A stretch of 64,000 nucleotides of DNA. Origin: Octopus sinensis. Its lineage: Eukaryota. Below the pieces are notes generated by a model. That model did not search any database, was not told the DNA's origin, and was given only the letters and a program-made list of their open reading frames with translations. The stretch spans positions 31,806,001-31,870,000 of the forward strand of contig NC_043009.1 in the NCBI RefSeq assembly GCF_006345805.1, read 5' to 3'. This document shows positions 52,099 to 64,000 of the stretch, in pieces. The position numbers and the translations under genes were made by a program. Each line of letters starts with the position of its first letter. Within the stretch, counting starts at the first letter, position 1.

Positions 52099-52813
52099 TC
52101 ACACACATACACTTATATATATATATATTAAATATAAAGATATGGAAATGTCATCCTTACAATATTTGACTTGATATTTGTAACCCTTCATAAAAGTGTT
52201 AAGAAAAGAAGTTCCAGGTGGAAATATGACCATTAAGTGGGCCTACCCCGGCTGTGCATGCAAAGAACAAAAGATCTTGTGTGTAGAGATGTGGTCAAAA
52301 AAATTAGCTCACCGTTAACTCTGAGAAATACAATTCCTCTACAAACGTTACGAATATGCCGACTGAAGTCAGTACACAACCCGTCAAAATGATATTTGAA
52401 ACATTTGCTAATGCAGCTGACCAAATGGGATTTGGCAGTAAGCATGCATAATTAAAATTACTAATATCATTAGAGGCTACTGAAATTTTTCTTAAAGTTT
52501 CGTATTACCTCATTTCAACATAATTTGGTCTGTCTATCTGTCTATCTATCTACATGTGTAAGCATAAACACACACACACATACACGTGTATACGTGTGTG
52601 AGTAGGTATATGTATACAGTGCTTTTGTGTGTCCATGTGTGTTTGTGTCTGTGTGTATGTGTACATTCAGTCATTCATTTTACATACATACCCCTATGCT
52701 AGCAAGGGTTAAATGAACATATATACACACTATGTATGCAAATGTGTAATGGTACATAAATGTATGTATATATATATATGTATGTGCATGTATGTGTGTA
52801 AGGATATATATAT

Positions 52814-52846
<33 letters not shown>

Positions 52847-52849
52847 CAT

Positions 52850-52882
<33 letters not shown>

Positions 52883-52887
52883 CACAT

Positions 52888-52936
<49 letters not shown>

Positions 52937-52962
52937 CATATATATATACACACACATACACT

Positions 52963-53006
<44 letters not shown>

Positions 53007-54203
53007 TAAATACAGAGAGTGAGAGGGGGGAAAGGAGAGGGAAAGAATAGGAGAGTGAGAAAGTAAGAAGAAAGACATAGACTCATACATCTTTATTTTG
53101 TAGCAGCTTCATTTCTTCTTGCAGAACCAAAATTTATTAGAAATAAAAGTTTTTTTTGTCTTTTACTATATGCCATTATTTATTTATTTCTTCCACTGAG
53201 ATGAGAAATGGTTACTGTCTGCTTGCTTCCCACTCTGATGTTACATTACTTCAGTCGGATATAGTACTTTCTTTTTTTTTACTATGCATTGAATTATAGG
53301 AAAGCTAGCATCTGACAGTCTATAATATAAAAAATGTGAGCGGAAGAGCAAAACAGAAGGACCGAGTCCTTTTAGTGGTATCTAAGTTCTCAAGTTGATA
53401 GTTGCTTTCTTTCTGCAGTGTAATTAATTGTAGAAGTAGGACTTAGTACAGGTGTTGTAATATAGAATGTGTCTCAACTTGGTGGAGATAACGACGTGTG
53501 TATGATTGATTGGAGAAGAAAAAAATTAATAATAAATGTGAATTCAGAAAGAAAATAGAGAAATGATGAGTTTATGATGTAAAGTGGTTGGTGAGAGGAT
53601 GGACATCAAGTAATGTAAAAGACACGCAAGAGATATTGGAAGACCTATCCAACCCATGCAAGCATGAAACAACAAATGTAAAATTATGAAGATGGCAATG
53701 TGTGTGGGGGGGGGGTAAGAAGTTCACTTCCCAACCACATCATTTCTGGTTTAATCCCACTGCATGGACATCTTGAGCAAGTATCTTCTAACATAGTACA
53801 AAGCTAACCAAAGCCATGTGATTGAGTTAGGCAGGCAGAAACTGAAACAATTTTAACATGTATATGTGTGTGTGTGTGTCTGTGTATGTGTGTGTGAGTG
53901 TGTATGTGTCTGTACATAGTTGTGTGTGTGCGTGTGTATTTGTGTTTTGTGTGTGTGTCTTTGTATCTCCGTGGTTTGGCATCACACAATCGTTATGTAT
54001 AGTGCTTCTGTCATGCATCTTCTATGACAACATTTCCAGCCAAGGGAAAATATTATCTCACTTGGAAACAGGTAAGGTTTGGCAACAGGAAGAGTATCAG
54101 GCCCTGGACAATCTGTCCAACCCATGCAAATATGGTAAGTTGATGGTAAAAGGATGAGAATGAGGATATAAATACATAAATGCATATAGACACAAGCACA
54201 CAC

Positions 54204-54258
<55 letters not shown>

Positions 54259-54925
54259 ACACATCCAGAGGTAAATTTAATGTATCGCCTGTTTCTGGAT
54301 ACAGTTTCTGATTACCAAATTCCACTTACAAGTCAATCAGTTAATCTGAAGAATCACTCACCTGGAACAAAATTTGTTGATCCATAACAGTGCTTTCAAT
54401 CCATTAGAATTTTGTCTGATAGAAAGTAATAATTATTCCAAAGTACCATCTTATTCTTTATTGTCTTGAAGATGCAGTTCTTTGATCATTTAGAACTAAG
54501 TAAATCAAAAAACCATTCTATTCTGTAATAGAATAAAACAAGGACATTAGTGACATTCAGAAATGAGAAATAGTAGTACAAGCAGTTCAAAGAGTGGAGT
54601 GTACTTGGAAGGATGTGCCATATCGGATATGTTTGAAATATCAAAACAGTTACAGTATTCATTGAAGATTTGGTGTCTGATCTGATTCTGTAATTAAAGA
54701 AACCATTGTCTTTGAAATGCCATATGTATATGCTTACATTTACAGGCACACACTCACGCACAAACATAAATGTGCATATACATCCACACATATGAATTCT
54801 TACAGACACATATATCAGCTTATATACCAACAAACATATATACATACCGTATATATGTGTGTTATATGTATCAATATGCGTTGGTGTACTAATGTATATC
54901 TATCTATTGATCTATCTATCTATTG

Positions 54926-55007
<82 letters not shown>

Positions 55008-55151
55008 CTGTTTATCAGTCTATCTTTATATCTATTTATCTATCAAGCAATCTTTATAATATATAAATAAATATATATATACATCTTATCTGTTTATCAA
55101 TCTATCTTTATATCTATCTATCTATCTAGCAATCTTTATATATTATATATA

Positions 55152-55193
<42 letters not shown>

Positions 55194-55265
55194 CATATAT
55201 AAATATATATATATATATTATATATATATATATATATATAAATATATATATTATATATCTATATA

Positions 55266-55306
<41 letters not shown>

Positions 55307-56235
55307 AATATATATATATATATCTATATATATGTGTATATATATATATATATATTTTTACCTGTTTGTCAACCTATATTTATATCTATTTATCTATCTA
55401 TCAATCTATATATATATATATATATGAAACAAAAGCATTGCTTTACACATTGTACACTGATTGATGTTTATCAGGTTATGTACTTTAAAAGCATAAATAG
55501 ACATATATACATAGAAAGAGAGTTTCATCTGACTTTGTAAGTATTTAAAGCTAGAAACACAACCAAACAGTTGAACGATGGTAAGGAATTGTAAAATAAT
55601 GAAACTGGTTCATGAATATAGATTTATTAATTCTAAATGCAGGCACAGTCAATGAGCATATGTGTGTACTTGTGTGCATGCATAGTGTAGGGTTTCCATA
55701 GGTCTCTGTGAAGGTATATCACACTAACATCATCGTCATTGTCGTTGTTGTCGAAATCATCGTCATCGTCATCGTCATCGTTGTCATCATTGTCGTTATC
55801 ATCATTAGCATTATCATCACCTTTATTTAAAGTACTTTTCTATGCTGGCATGGATTGACTGGTTTGACAGGTCCTGGCAAGCCTGGGAGCCACCCCAGAT
55901 TCCATAGTTTGTTGTAGCATGGTTCGATAGTTGGATGCCCTTCCTAACCCCAACCACTTTACATAGTGTACTCGGTGCTTTTTTCCATGGCACCAGCACG
56001 AGTGTTTTTTTGGGTTTTTTTACATGACACTAGCACCAGTGCTTTTTATGTGGTTGCAGCACTGACACGATCATCAAATACCTTGCCAAACAAAAAGACA
56101 AAAAAATCAAAAATCTCTTGCTTGAAGGAAGGGTTGCCAGCCGGGAGATTAAAGCTATAAAGGGACAGGAACCAGTGTTTTGCTGTAGAGGCATGGATAC
56201 CCAGTTGAAAATATATGTCTGTGTGTGTATATATA

Positions 56236-56720
56236 TATATTCTTCTATTTGTTTCAGAGATTTGACTGCAGCCAGGCTGGAGCACTGCTTTTAGTCAAAC
56301 AAATCGACCCCAGGACTTATTCTTTATAAGCCTAGTACTTATTCTATTGGTCTCTTTTGCTGAACTGCTAAGTTATGGGGGTGTAAACACATCGATTGTC
56401 AAGCGATAGTGAGGGGACAAACACTGACACACAAACATATATATATATATGTGATTATTTATACTCTTTGTGATCTAATTATGTGTTTTATATAAATATA
56501 TTTTATTTGTTAGTTATGTTTTGGATTATGTCTATCATTGTTTGAATTGCATATTAGTGGTTTTATTTCTAATTTATATTTTATATATATATATACGATG
56601 GGCTTCTTTCAGTTTCCATCAACCAAATCCATTTACAAGGCTTAAGGTGCCACACGGACTGAACCCGGAACAATGTGGTTGGTAAGCAAGCTACTTACCA
56701 CACAACCACTCCTGCGCCTA
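56236..56720 (-). mobile_element. SINE family B with expanded internal AT-rich segment
   Basis: The 3' part (56236-56430) and head (56595-56720) are colinear with 29994-30402. Confidence 0.75.
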
Positions 56721-57199
56721 TGAAGAAAAACAGATGTATACCCATGCTTTGACCCCTATTTTTCTTCTCATCACCAAACCTACACACACACACACACACA
56801 CATGACCAATGGTATGTATAATGCATAAAACAGCAGAGACCTGACTCCCATGTTGATATAAAATGGGTGAAACTGATGGATTGTGAACACTGCCTCATCT
56901 AATCTGCCTTGATAGTTGTTTTTGTATCTTAACCATCCGTAATGGGAGATTGTGTGTACTAAATGCTTAGATATTCTCAGTTAACTGAAGTTGCGGCAAT
57001 TAATATGTAAAAGCACTGATAAATTTTATAGCTTTGGAAATATTTCTGGATTTTCCATACGTATTGCTAATAATGATTGATATATCATTATAGTAATATT
57101 ATTTATATGACTAATTATATTTCTAATTGAGTTACTAATAAATTATTCATTTATAATTAATGTATTTGTGTATAACTATTTCAGTTTACTATATTATGC

Positions 57200-57475
57200 A
57201 GTTTCAGTGATGAAATGATGGCCGCAACTATCTGGTCACTGCGTGTGCCACCCTGAGCTGGAAGCATCCACATTAGGGGACATAATAAAGGCTGCCCTTC
57301 ATGGTGATGCAAGAAGAGGCAAAGATTGTCATGCTTACATCAACAACTTGATTGCAGACACTGGCGTGGATTGTATCCAGGACCTCAAGACAGTGATGAT
57401 GGACTGAGAAATGTGGTGGGTTGATATTGCTGTTGCAGCCTGGGTCGGAACTCAGCCATAATAATGAATAGTGAT
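57200..57475 (+). mobile_element. RTE-type LINE 3' relic
   Basis: Peptide ..ALHGDARRGKDCHAYINNLIADTGVDCIQDLKTVMMD*EMW resembles the RTE C-terminal G.R.RGRP..Y...L..DTG..DL...M.DR..W motif. Confidence 0.55.
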
Positions 57476-58321
57476 GAAAAAAGAACAATAAAATTATCAA
57501 GAAAAAAACCCTTAAAAAAGAGAAAGAAAATAATGAGGTGGGGGTAATTAAGTAGCAGTGAATGGTTGCGTGAGGCACTGACAGGGTGTACACCCCAGAA
57601 CAAATGGTGTGTTTAGCCACACCGCACAGACATGATTGCAAAAGTGTTTCCATAGAATATGGTCAGTGACACTTGCTTCAGCACCAACCTCACCTCATGG
57701 GACTTATTTCTCATAATTTCTCATTTCTTTGATAGATTATGTTCCAGACATGAGGTTTAACATAGTAATTTTACTATATTCCCTCAAATATCTGATTATT
57801 CTCAAAATTAAATTAAACATATTATAGAAGTATTGAACAAAATTCATAATTTTTACTTTCACTTTAAGATATCTTTTTTTCCTTTTAGTTTCATGTTGAT
57901 CATATAAACCGTTGGAGGCTTTCTTGGAAATGAATTCTTGACTATTGATTTACAGTAAATCGGAGAATGACCACATTCTATCTTCTTCTGCTAAAGACCT
58001 TAATAATTTCTAACACATCATTCTGTTTCATATGACAAGTAAAACTGGACCAAAAATTTCTGCATTAAAGATATTCTACATTTTCCTTATTAGATATTCG
58101 AGAGGTATTTCCAGTTTAGCTTCCAATGGGTATTTCTGGAAACCTAAAGTTAATTTCTATGAATTCTTGAATTTGGTGATTTTAATATAGGAAGAGATTT
58201 CACTTACCAAAATTTTCATTAAAAATTAAAATGACATAGTTATAATTTATTAACCATGAACACCTACAATTCTAAATGAGTATATTAATACGATTTTCAC
58301 CGAATATATGATTTTTCCCAT

Positions 58322-58374
<53 letters not shown>

Positions 58375-58377
<3 letters not shown>

Positions 58378-58778
58378 CATCTTCTAAATGTTTTGCGTTC
58401 TTGTCCCAGTTTGTATTTTTTTACATATATATATATATATGTATATATATAAATAAAGCTTAAATCGTGCATTAATTTCAAGGATTTTTGCATTTTACAT
58501 TAATACAGACATGTAAGTAATTTATTTATTATTAAATATTACAATACAAATTATTTACATGTCTTTAAGTTACGAAACAATTTGTTGTGATATTAGAATT
58601 TTCTTACTGTTACATTTCTCTGTCATTTATGACTTTATACACTCCCTACCATTTTCTCTCACATTGTACTATATATTCTATATGTTTTGTAGAATGATAC
58701 ATTAGGGAGCTTCTTTTATGAGTACTGCCAGATTACCTGATTCCATATATGGTGACAGATATAGACAGACATACATAC

Positions 58779-58839
<61 letters not shown>

Positions 58840-58890
58840 ATATATATATAGTATATATATATATATTATATTATATATATATATATTATA

Positions 58891-58950
<60 letters not shown>

Positions 58951-59375
58951 CTATATATATATATATATACGTATGTATGTCTGTCTATATCTGTCACCAT
59001 ATATGGAATCAGGTAATCTGGCAGTACTCATAAAAGAAGCTCCCTAATGTATCATTCTACAAAACATATAGAATATATAGTACAATGTGAGAGAAAATGG
59101 TAGGGAGTGTATAAAGTCATAAATGACAGAGAAATGTAACAGTAAGAAAATTCTAATATCACAACAAATTGTTTCGTAACTTAAAGACATGTAAATAATT
59201 TGTATTGTAATATTTAATAATAAATAAATTACTTACATGTCTGTATTAATGTAAAATGCAAAAAATCCTTGAAATTAATGCATGATTTAAGCTTTATTTA
59301 TATATATACATATATATATATATATGTAAAAAAATACAAACTGGGACAAGAACGCAAAACATTTAGAAGATGATA
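58375..59375. repeat. 1-kb near-perfect palindrome: 406/407-bp arms around a 188-bp (TA)n spacer
   Basis: Arms 58375-58780 and 58969-59375. By eye there is one substitution and one homopolymer indel. Confidence 0.93.
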
Positions 59376-59467
59376 CAAAAAATATGGATGGGACATTCGA
59401 AGCCTTCAATCTTCAGTCAAGAACCGGATCATCCTCGGAATTTCAGCTGATTAATCTAAATATGTAT

Positions 59468-59543
<76 letters not shown>

Positions 59544-59720
59544 ATATATGTATGTATATAATATGTATATATGTATTTATGTATGTATGTATATATATAT
59601 ATGTGTATATGTATATATATACATATGTATGCATATAATATGTATATATGCATACATTTATGTATTTATGTATGTATATATATGTATGAATACATATCTC
59701 TGTGTGTGCATATGTGTGTG

Positions 59721-59773
<53 letters not shown>

Positions 59774-61017
59774 GAGTGCTCAATACATATTGCTTTGAAG
59801 CTAAGTATTTGTCTCCGAACTCAAGTTTCTTAAAACCGTGAGAAGTTTTACTAAATCCCTTCAAATTCCTGGTTCTTTTCAAAATCAACTGAAACACATT
59901 TTGCTACAAGTACCTTAAAACATTTATTGGTATTTTGGTTTTCACATAAAGTTGTTTTGCCTGAAGATCACTGTTGTATGAAACTGGAGTCGTGAGACAC
60001 ACTCTAGATTTCAGTATTTATAAAAAAACTCTGCATGTGTGTGTTTGCGTGTGCATGCATACATGTGTGTGCCCATGTTTGTAGAAATGAATAGATAGAC
60101 AGATAAATATATAAATATAGATAGATAGAGAGAGAGAGAGAGGGGGGGAAGAGAGAGAGAGATATGCCCACAAATATATTTCCTCCACAAATTTAACAAG
60201 CTGATATGCTTGCTAACCTGAAAAATATTCATTAGAAATGAGAATATTTACAAGGGTAATTAAAAAAAGATTTTTCACCCTGGAATTTTGATACGGCACC
60301 TCTGGTAAGTTATGAACATGGGAGCAATAATTCCCAGCTTCATAAACCTCTAAATTATTCCTTTATTTATTTATGTCATTAACTGGATTTCTTTAAGAAT
60401 TTTCTGCCCACTTTTACTTTCGAGTAAAGATCAAAAAGATTGTAAATAGTTTGTTTTGTTTTTACTTTTTGTTTTTTTGAATATTTTCTAAACCAATAAA
60501 TATCCACCAATTGACACCCCACCTCACCCACCCCCAAAAAAGAATCATCATTCTTATATTCGGATGTCTGTATCTTTATCATGTTGTTTATATCATTTAG
60601 GTTCCATTAAGTTCAACTAAAAAAAAAGAACCACAAAGACCAAAAAAAAAAACAATTAAAGGAATAAATATAAAATAAAATAAATACATCAACATAAAAG
60701 AAAGTAAAATTTTAAGGAAAAAAATGTGAATTAGCAGGAAATAAATTCTCTGTTTGACTAAATTCTTAGAGGCTGATGCATGAAGTTAATATGGCTTCCG
60801 TGAGAAAAATCTAGTGAATGTGGCAGTATGAATTCAACCAGTGATACAGGCTTGGAATCTGTGTATGGCTTCCACGTTTATTGTGGAAGTTTTCTGTTTA
60901 GTCATGTGTGAATTGCTTTTGAAATAATACGAGATTCCAAAATAAGATGAAAAGATACATGGAGAGACATAAATATTACAATATATGCATACATATATGT
61001 ATACAAACAAATGTATA

Positions 61018-61069
<52 letters not shown>

Positions 61070-61685
61070 TATATATATAATACATATATATATATATATA
61101 TATATTATATGCATATACATACACACATACACATACATATATACATATATATGTATATGTGTCTGTATAAGTGCATTTATCTTCTATCTATCCATCTGTC
61201 TATCTACTTATCTGTCTATCTATACATACACACACACACACAATTATATATATATATCTTTATATATGGAAAGCATTAAAAAAAGTTTCGCTGTTAAAAT
61301 TTCTTTATTTCTTCATCTGTATAAGATGTCAGACGAATATATGTTTTCAATGTCTTAAATAATAGTAGTACTGATGATATAGTTAGAAAAGTAAGATAAT
61401 GAGGAGGAGGAGGAGGATGATGATGATGATGATGATAAGGTAACCAAAAAAAGTATGAATATAAACACAGAAAAAAAATAAATATACAATACAAAGGTAG
61501 AAAGAGATTTATTTATGAAGAATTCAGGATATGACCAGAGGCATCTTATTACTGATCAGAAAATATCAGTGTTGAATACAGAGGACAGAGAGAGAAAAAA
61601 ATATATATATGTAGGTATGGGTGTTGAAATGTCTGCAAAAAAACACTCTTTTTTCATTTTATCTCTTTTAAAACATACTATATAC

Positions 61686-61726
<41 letters not shown>

Positions 61727-61759
61727 CATGCATATAAACATACATATATGCATATATAC

Positions 61760-61790
<31 letters not shown>

Positions 61791-61980
61791 ATATATATAT
61801 AATATATATATAATACATATATATACATACATATATATGTATATATATATATATACATATATATACATACATATATATGTATATATATACACACATACAT
61901 ATATATACACAATGTACATGATAATTTATTTTTTATGTATTTTAATTTATATATTTGTGTGTGTATATATATACATATAT

Positions 61981-62025
<45 letters not shown>

Positions 62026-62317
62026 GCATATATATAATTTATCATTTAATTGACTGTAAATTCGAAGTTTTTCGCTGGTGATAGCTCACTGTTAAATATG
62101 GGCAGTCTGAAAAAGCCACCATAACAAAATTTTGAAGTTATTATTATTGAAATTGTGTAAATTATTATACACGTGACTTGTATTGAATCCTTCAGTTACT
62201 CTCTATGTATAAAAGCCTTTTTTTTTAAATATATATTTTTTGTAAGTATTTAGATATTTTTTGTGAGGCATCATTTTCCTTTTGTGCATCATTTGCAAAT
62301 CACTATTTTAAGTCCTT

Positions 62318-62538
62318 AAGTCAGCGAGCTGGCAGAAACGTTAGCACACTGGGGGAAATGCTTAGCAGTATTTTTTCTGTTTTTACATTCTGAGTTCAAA
62401 TTCCGCCAAGGTCGACTTTGCCTTTCATTATTTCAAGGTCTAAATTAAGTACCAGTTGCATACTGGGGTTGATCTAATCGACTGGTCCGATCCACACTAA
62501 AAATTTTGGGCTTTGTGCCTAGAGTAGAAAAGACTATT
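62318..62538 (+). mobile_element. SINE family A (alternative-tail subfamily)
   Basis: Head GCGAGCTGGCAGAAACGTTAGCAC..CTGAGTTCAAATTCCGCC; the tail GGGCTTTGTGCCTAGAGTAGAAAAG matches the 43714 copy type. Confidence 0.85.
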
Positions 62539-64000
62539 CTAACTCCTTGATGGAATGTTTGTGAGAAAGCTAACATTCCAATCTACTGCCCCTTCACAGG
62601 GTTCAGTGCTCACCTTTACAATTTGAGCCTAATAAATATTTGGCTAAGACTTTTTGCTGAGAACTTTATTTTTTATAAAATATTGTATCATTTAATTATG
62701 CTTCATGTAAAATTTTAATTTTAACTAATCATGTTTTAATTTAACTCATAACATCAATGAAATGACCTATAATAATGGTTCCAAATTTTGGCACGAAGCC
62801 AGAAATTTTGGAAGAGAGTGAAAGTCAACTCAAATGCTCAAATGGCACTTATTCTTTAATGACCCTGAAAGGATGAAAGACAAAGCTGAACTTGGAGGCA
62901 TTTGAACTCAGATTGCAAAATCACATGAAATGTCACTAAACATTTTGCCTGGTTAATGATTCTGCCAGCTCACTGCCCTAAAAAATGATTTATAATGATG
63001 AAAATATTAATGAATTCCAGGTCAGAATGCCTGATCCAGAAGAACAGAAACACGTTATTGTGTAACTTATCTCAAGACTTGATATAAGAAGTGAAACTCA
63101 CAACCTATGAATAGAGATGCTGACATCTGTATCTACTCAATCACAACTGTTTCCGTATAGGACTTATATCACAATTCTTAGAAAACAAAATCCATTCATG
63201 CATGCACGCACATACACACTACAACACATACACATGCACAGATACATATACATTTAATGCTTATAATCCAATCAGTAAATAGATAATGTCCAGAGAATAC
63301 CACTTAATTATCCTAGCAGCAATTTTATTCTAGTTAAACCTGTCACATTGGTTTCAGATTATTTCCGATATCGCACATCTGAATGGAACTTGAAAATCTC
63401 ATGCACAACTAAAAACAATGCCAAACAAATTGAAATCCAGTAACATTAATAAGAACACATCTGGTGCATGTGATAAATATCTGATGAAAGTGTTACTAAT
63501 AAAAGGCTCATTGGATTGTGTGTGAAGCTTCTCAAAGTTCCTTTTGTTAACAATCTGTCATCGCCTTAATCCATTGACAATAGGAAGTAATTAAGAGACT
63601 TATCACGTATTACAGGCAAGATAATTGTCAACGGATGGTCTTAAAACTGGTGAGATGCTGTTAAAGACAAGTTAATGAAAAGATTTATTTATTCATTTCA
63701 CCTATGTGATTAGGGTTTGCAAGGTTTTTAGCGGTTTGTGAATAGGAAAGATGCAGATTGATAGAAATATGTTGTGACGATATCTTGGTGAACTGTCAAA
63801 GACATTAGAATGGTAAATAGAATCTCATGTGGTCTCTCATCTGGTTCTTGCTGTTCATATTCCTTGAGGTATGCGAATATGAACCACATATATTGATGGA
63901 CGCATGCCGTAATCTTACATCGAGGAAAAAAAAAAAGGAAATGTCAATTCGATCTTGGTGTTCTGGATTCAAATGCAACCCAGGTCTTCCCCTTCTTTGC

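Noticed and set aside
57889-57933. Possible terminal exon FHVDHINRWRLSWK* after a strong polypyrimidine acceptor (phase 0, compatible with 33629)
   Set aside because: Too short to support without transcript data; such acceptors are common in AT-rich DNA.
58535-58594. Hammerhead-like 3' half (GAAACAATTTGTTGTGATATT) with a possible AATATTAC stem I in the 1-kb palindrome arm
   Set aside because: No CUGANGA-like core (AATACAA) and no stem II; at most an unrecognisable relic.
59385-59425. CUGAAGA on the - strand followed by GAAU-GUC
   Set aside because: No valid stem II or GAAA and no stem I partner.

Overview
AT-rich, microsatellite-saturated eukaryotic genomic DNA. The SINE, RTE and other repeat families resemble those I recall from Octopus (coleoid cephalopod) genomes; this is recognition, not a database hit. 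Almost all listed ORFs are translations of simple repeats. Real coding signal is limited to two candidate + strand exons (5851-5940 and 33499-33629, phase-compatible, suggesting that much of the window is intronic) and decayed transposon ORFs: RLE-type LINE, RTE LINEs, three mariner relics and a Penelope-like GIY-YIG endonuclease fragment. The main unexplained structure, read directly from the sequence, is a set of type I hammerhead ribozyme motifs in Penelope-like or retrozyme-like repeats, mostly embedded in (TA)n. It includes a non-coding 488-bp-monomer element with three hammerheads in tandem plus inverted arrangement (31841-33134), an intact hammerhead at 36241-36350, and a minimal canonical one at 21278-21321. 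There are also core variants with a compensated 3-8 pair (U3-A8 at 27688-27727, G3-C8 at 29497-29615) and several decayed copies. Many of these sit in head-to-head fold-back inverted repeats. A near-perfect 1-kb palindrome lies at 58375-59375. Single-base dropouts in homopolymers and TA runs suggest a noisy long-read consensus, so small indels and some palindromes need read-level confirmation.
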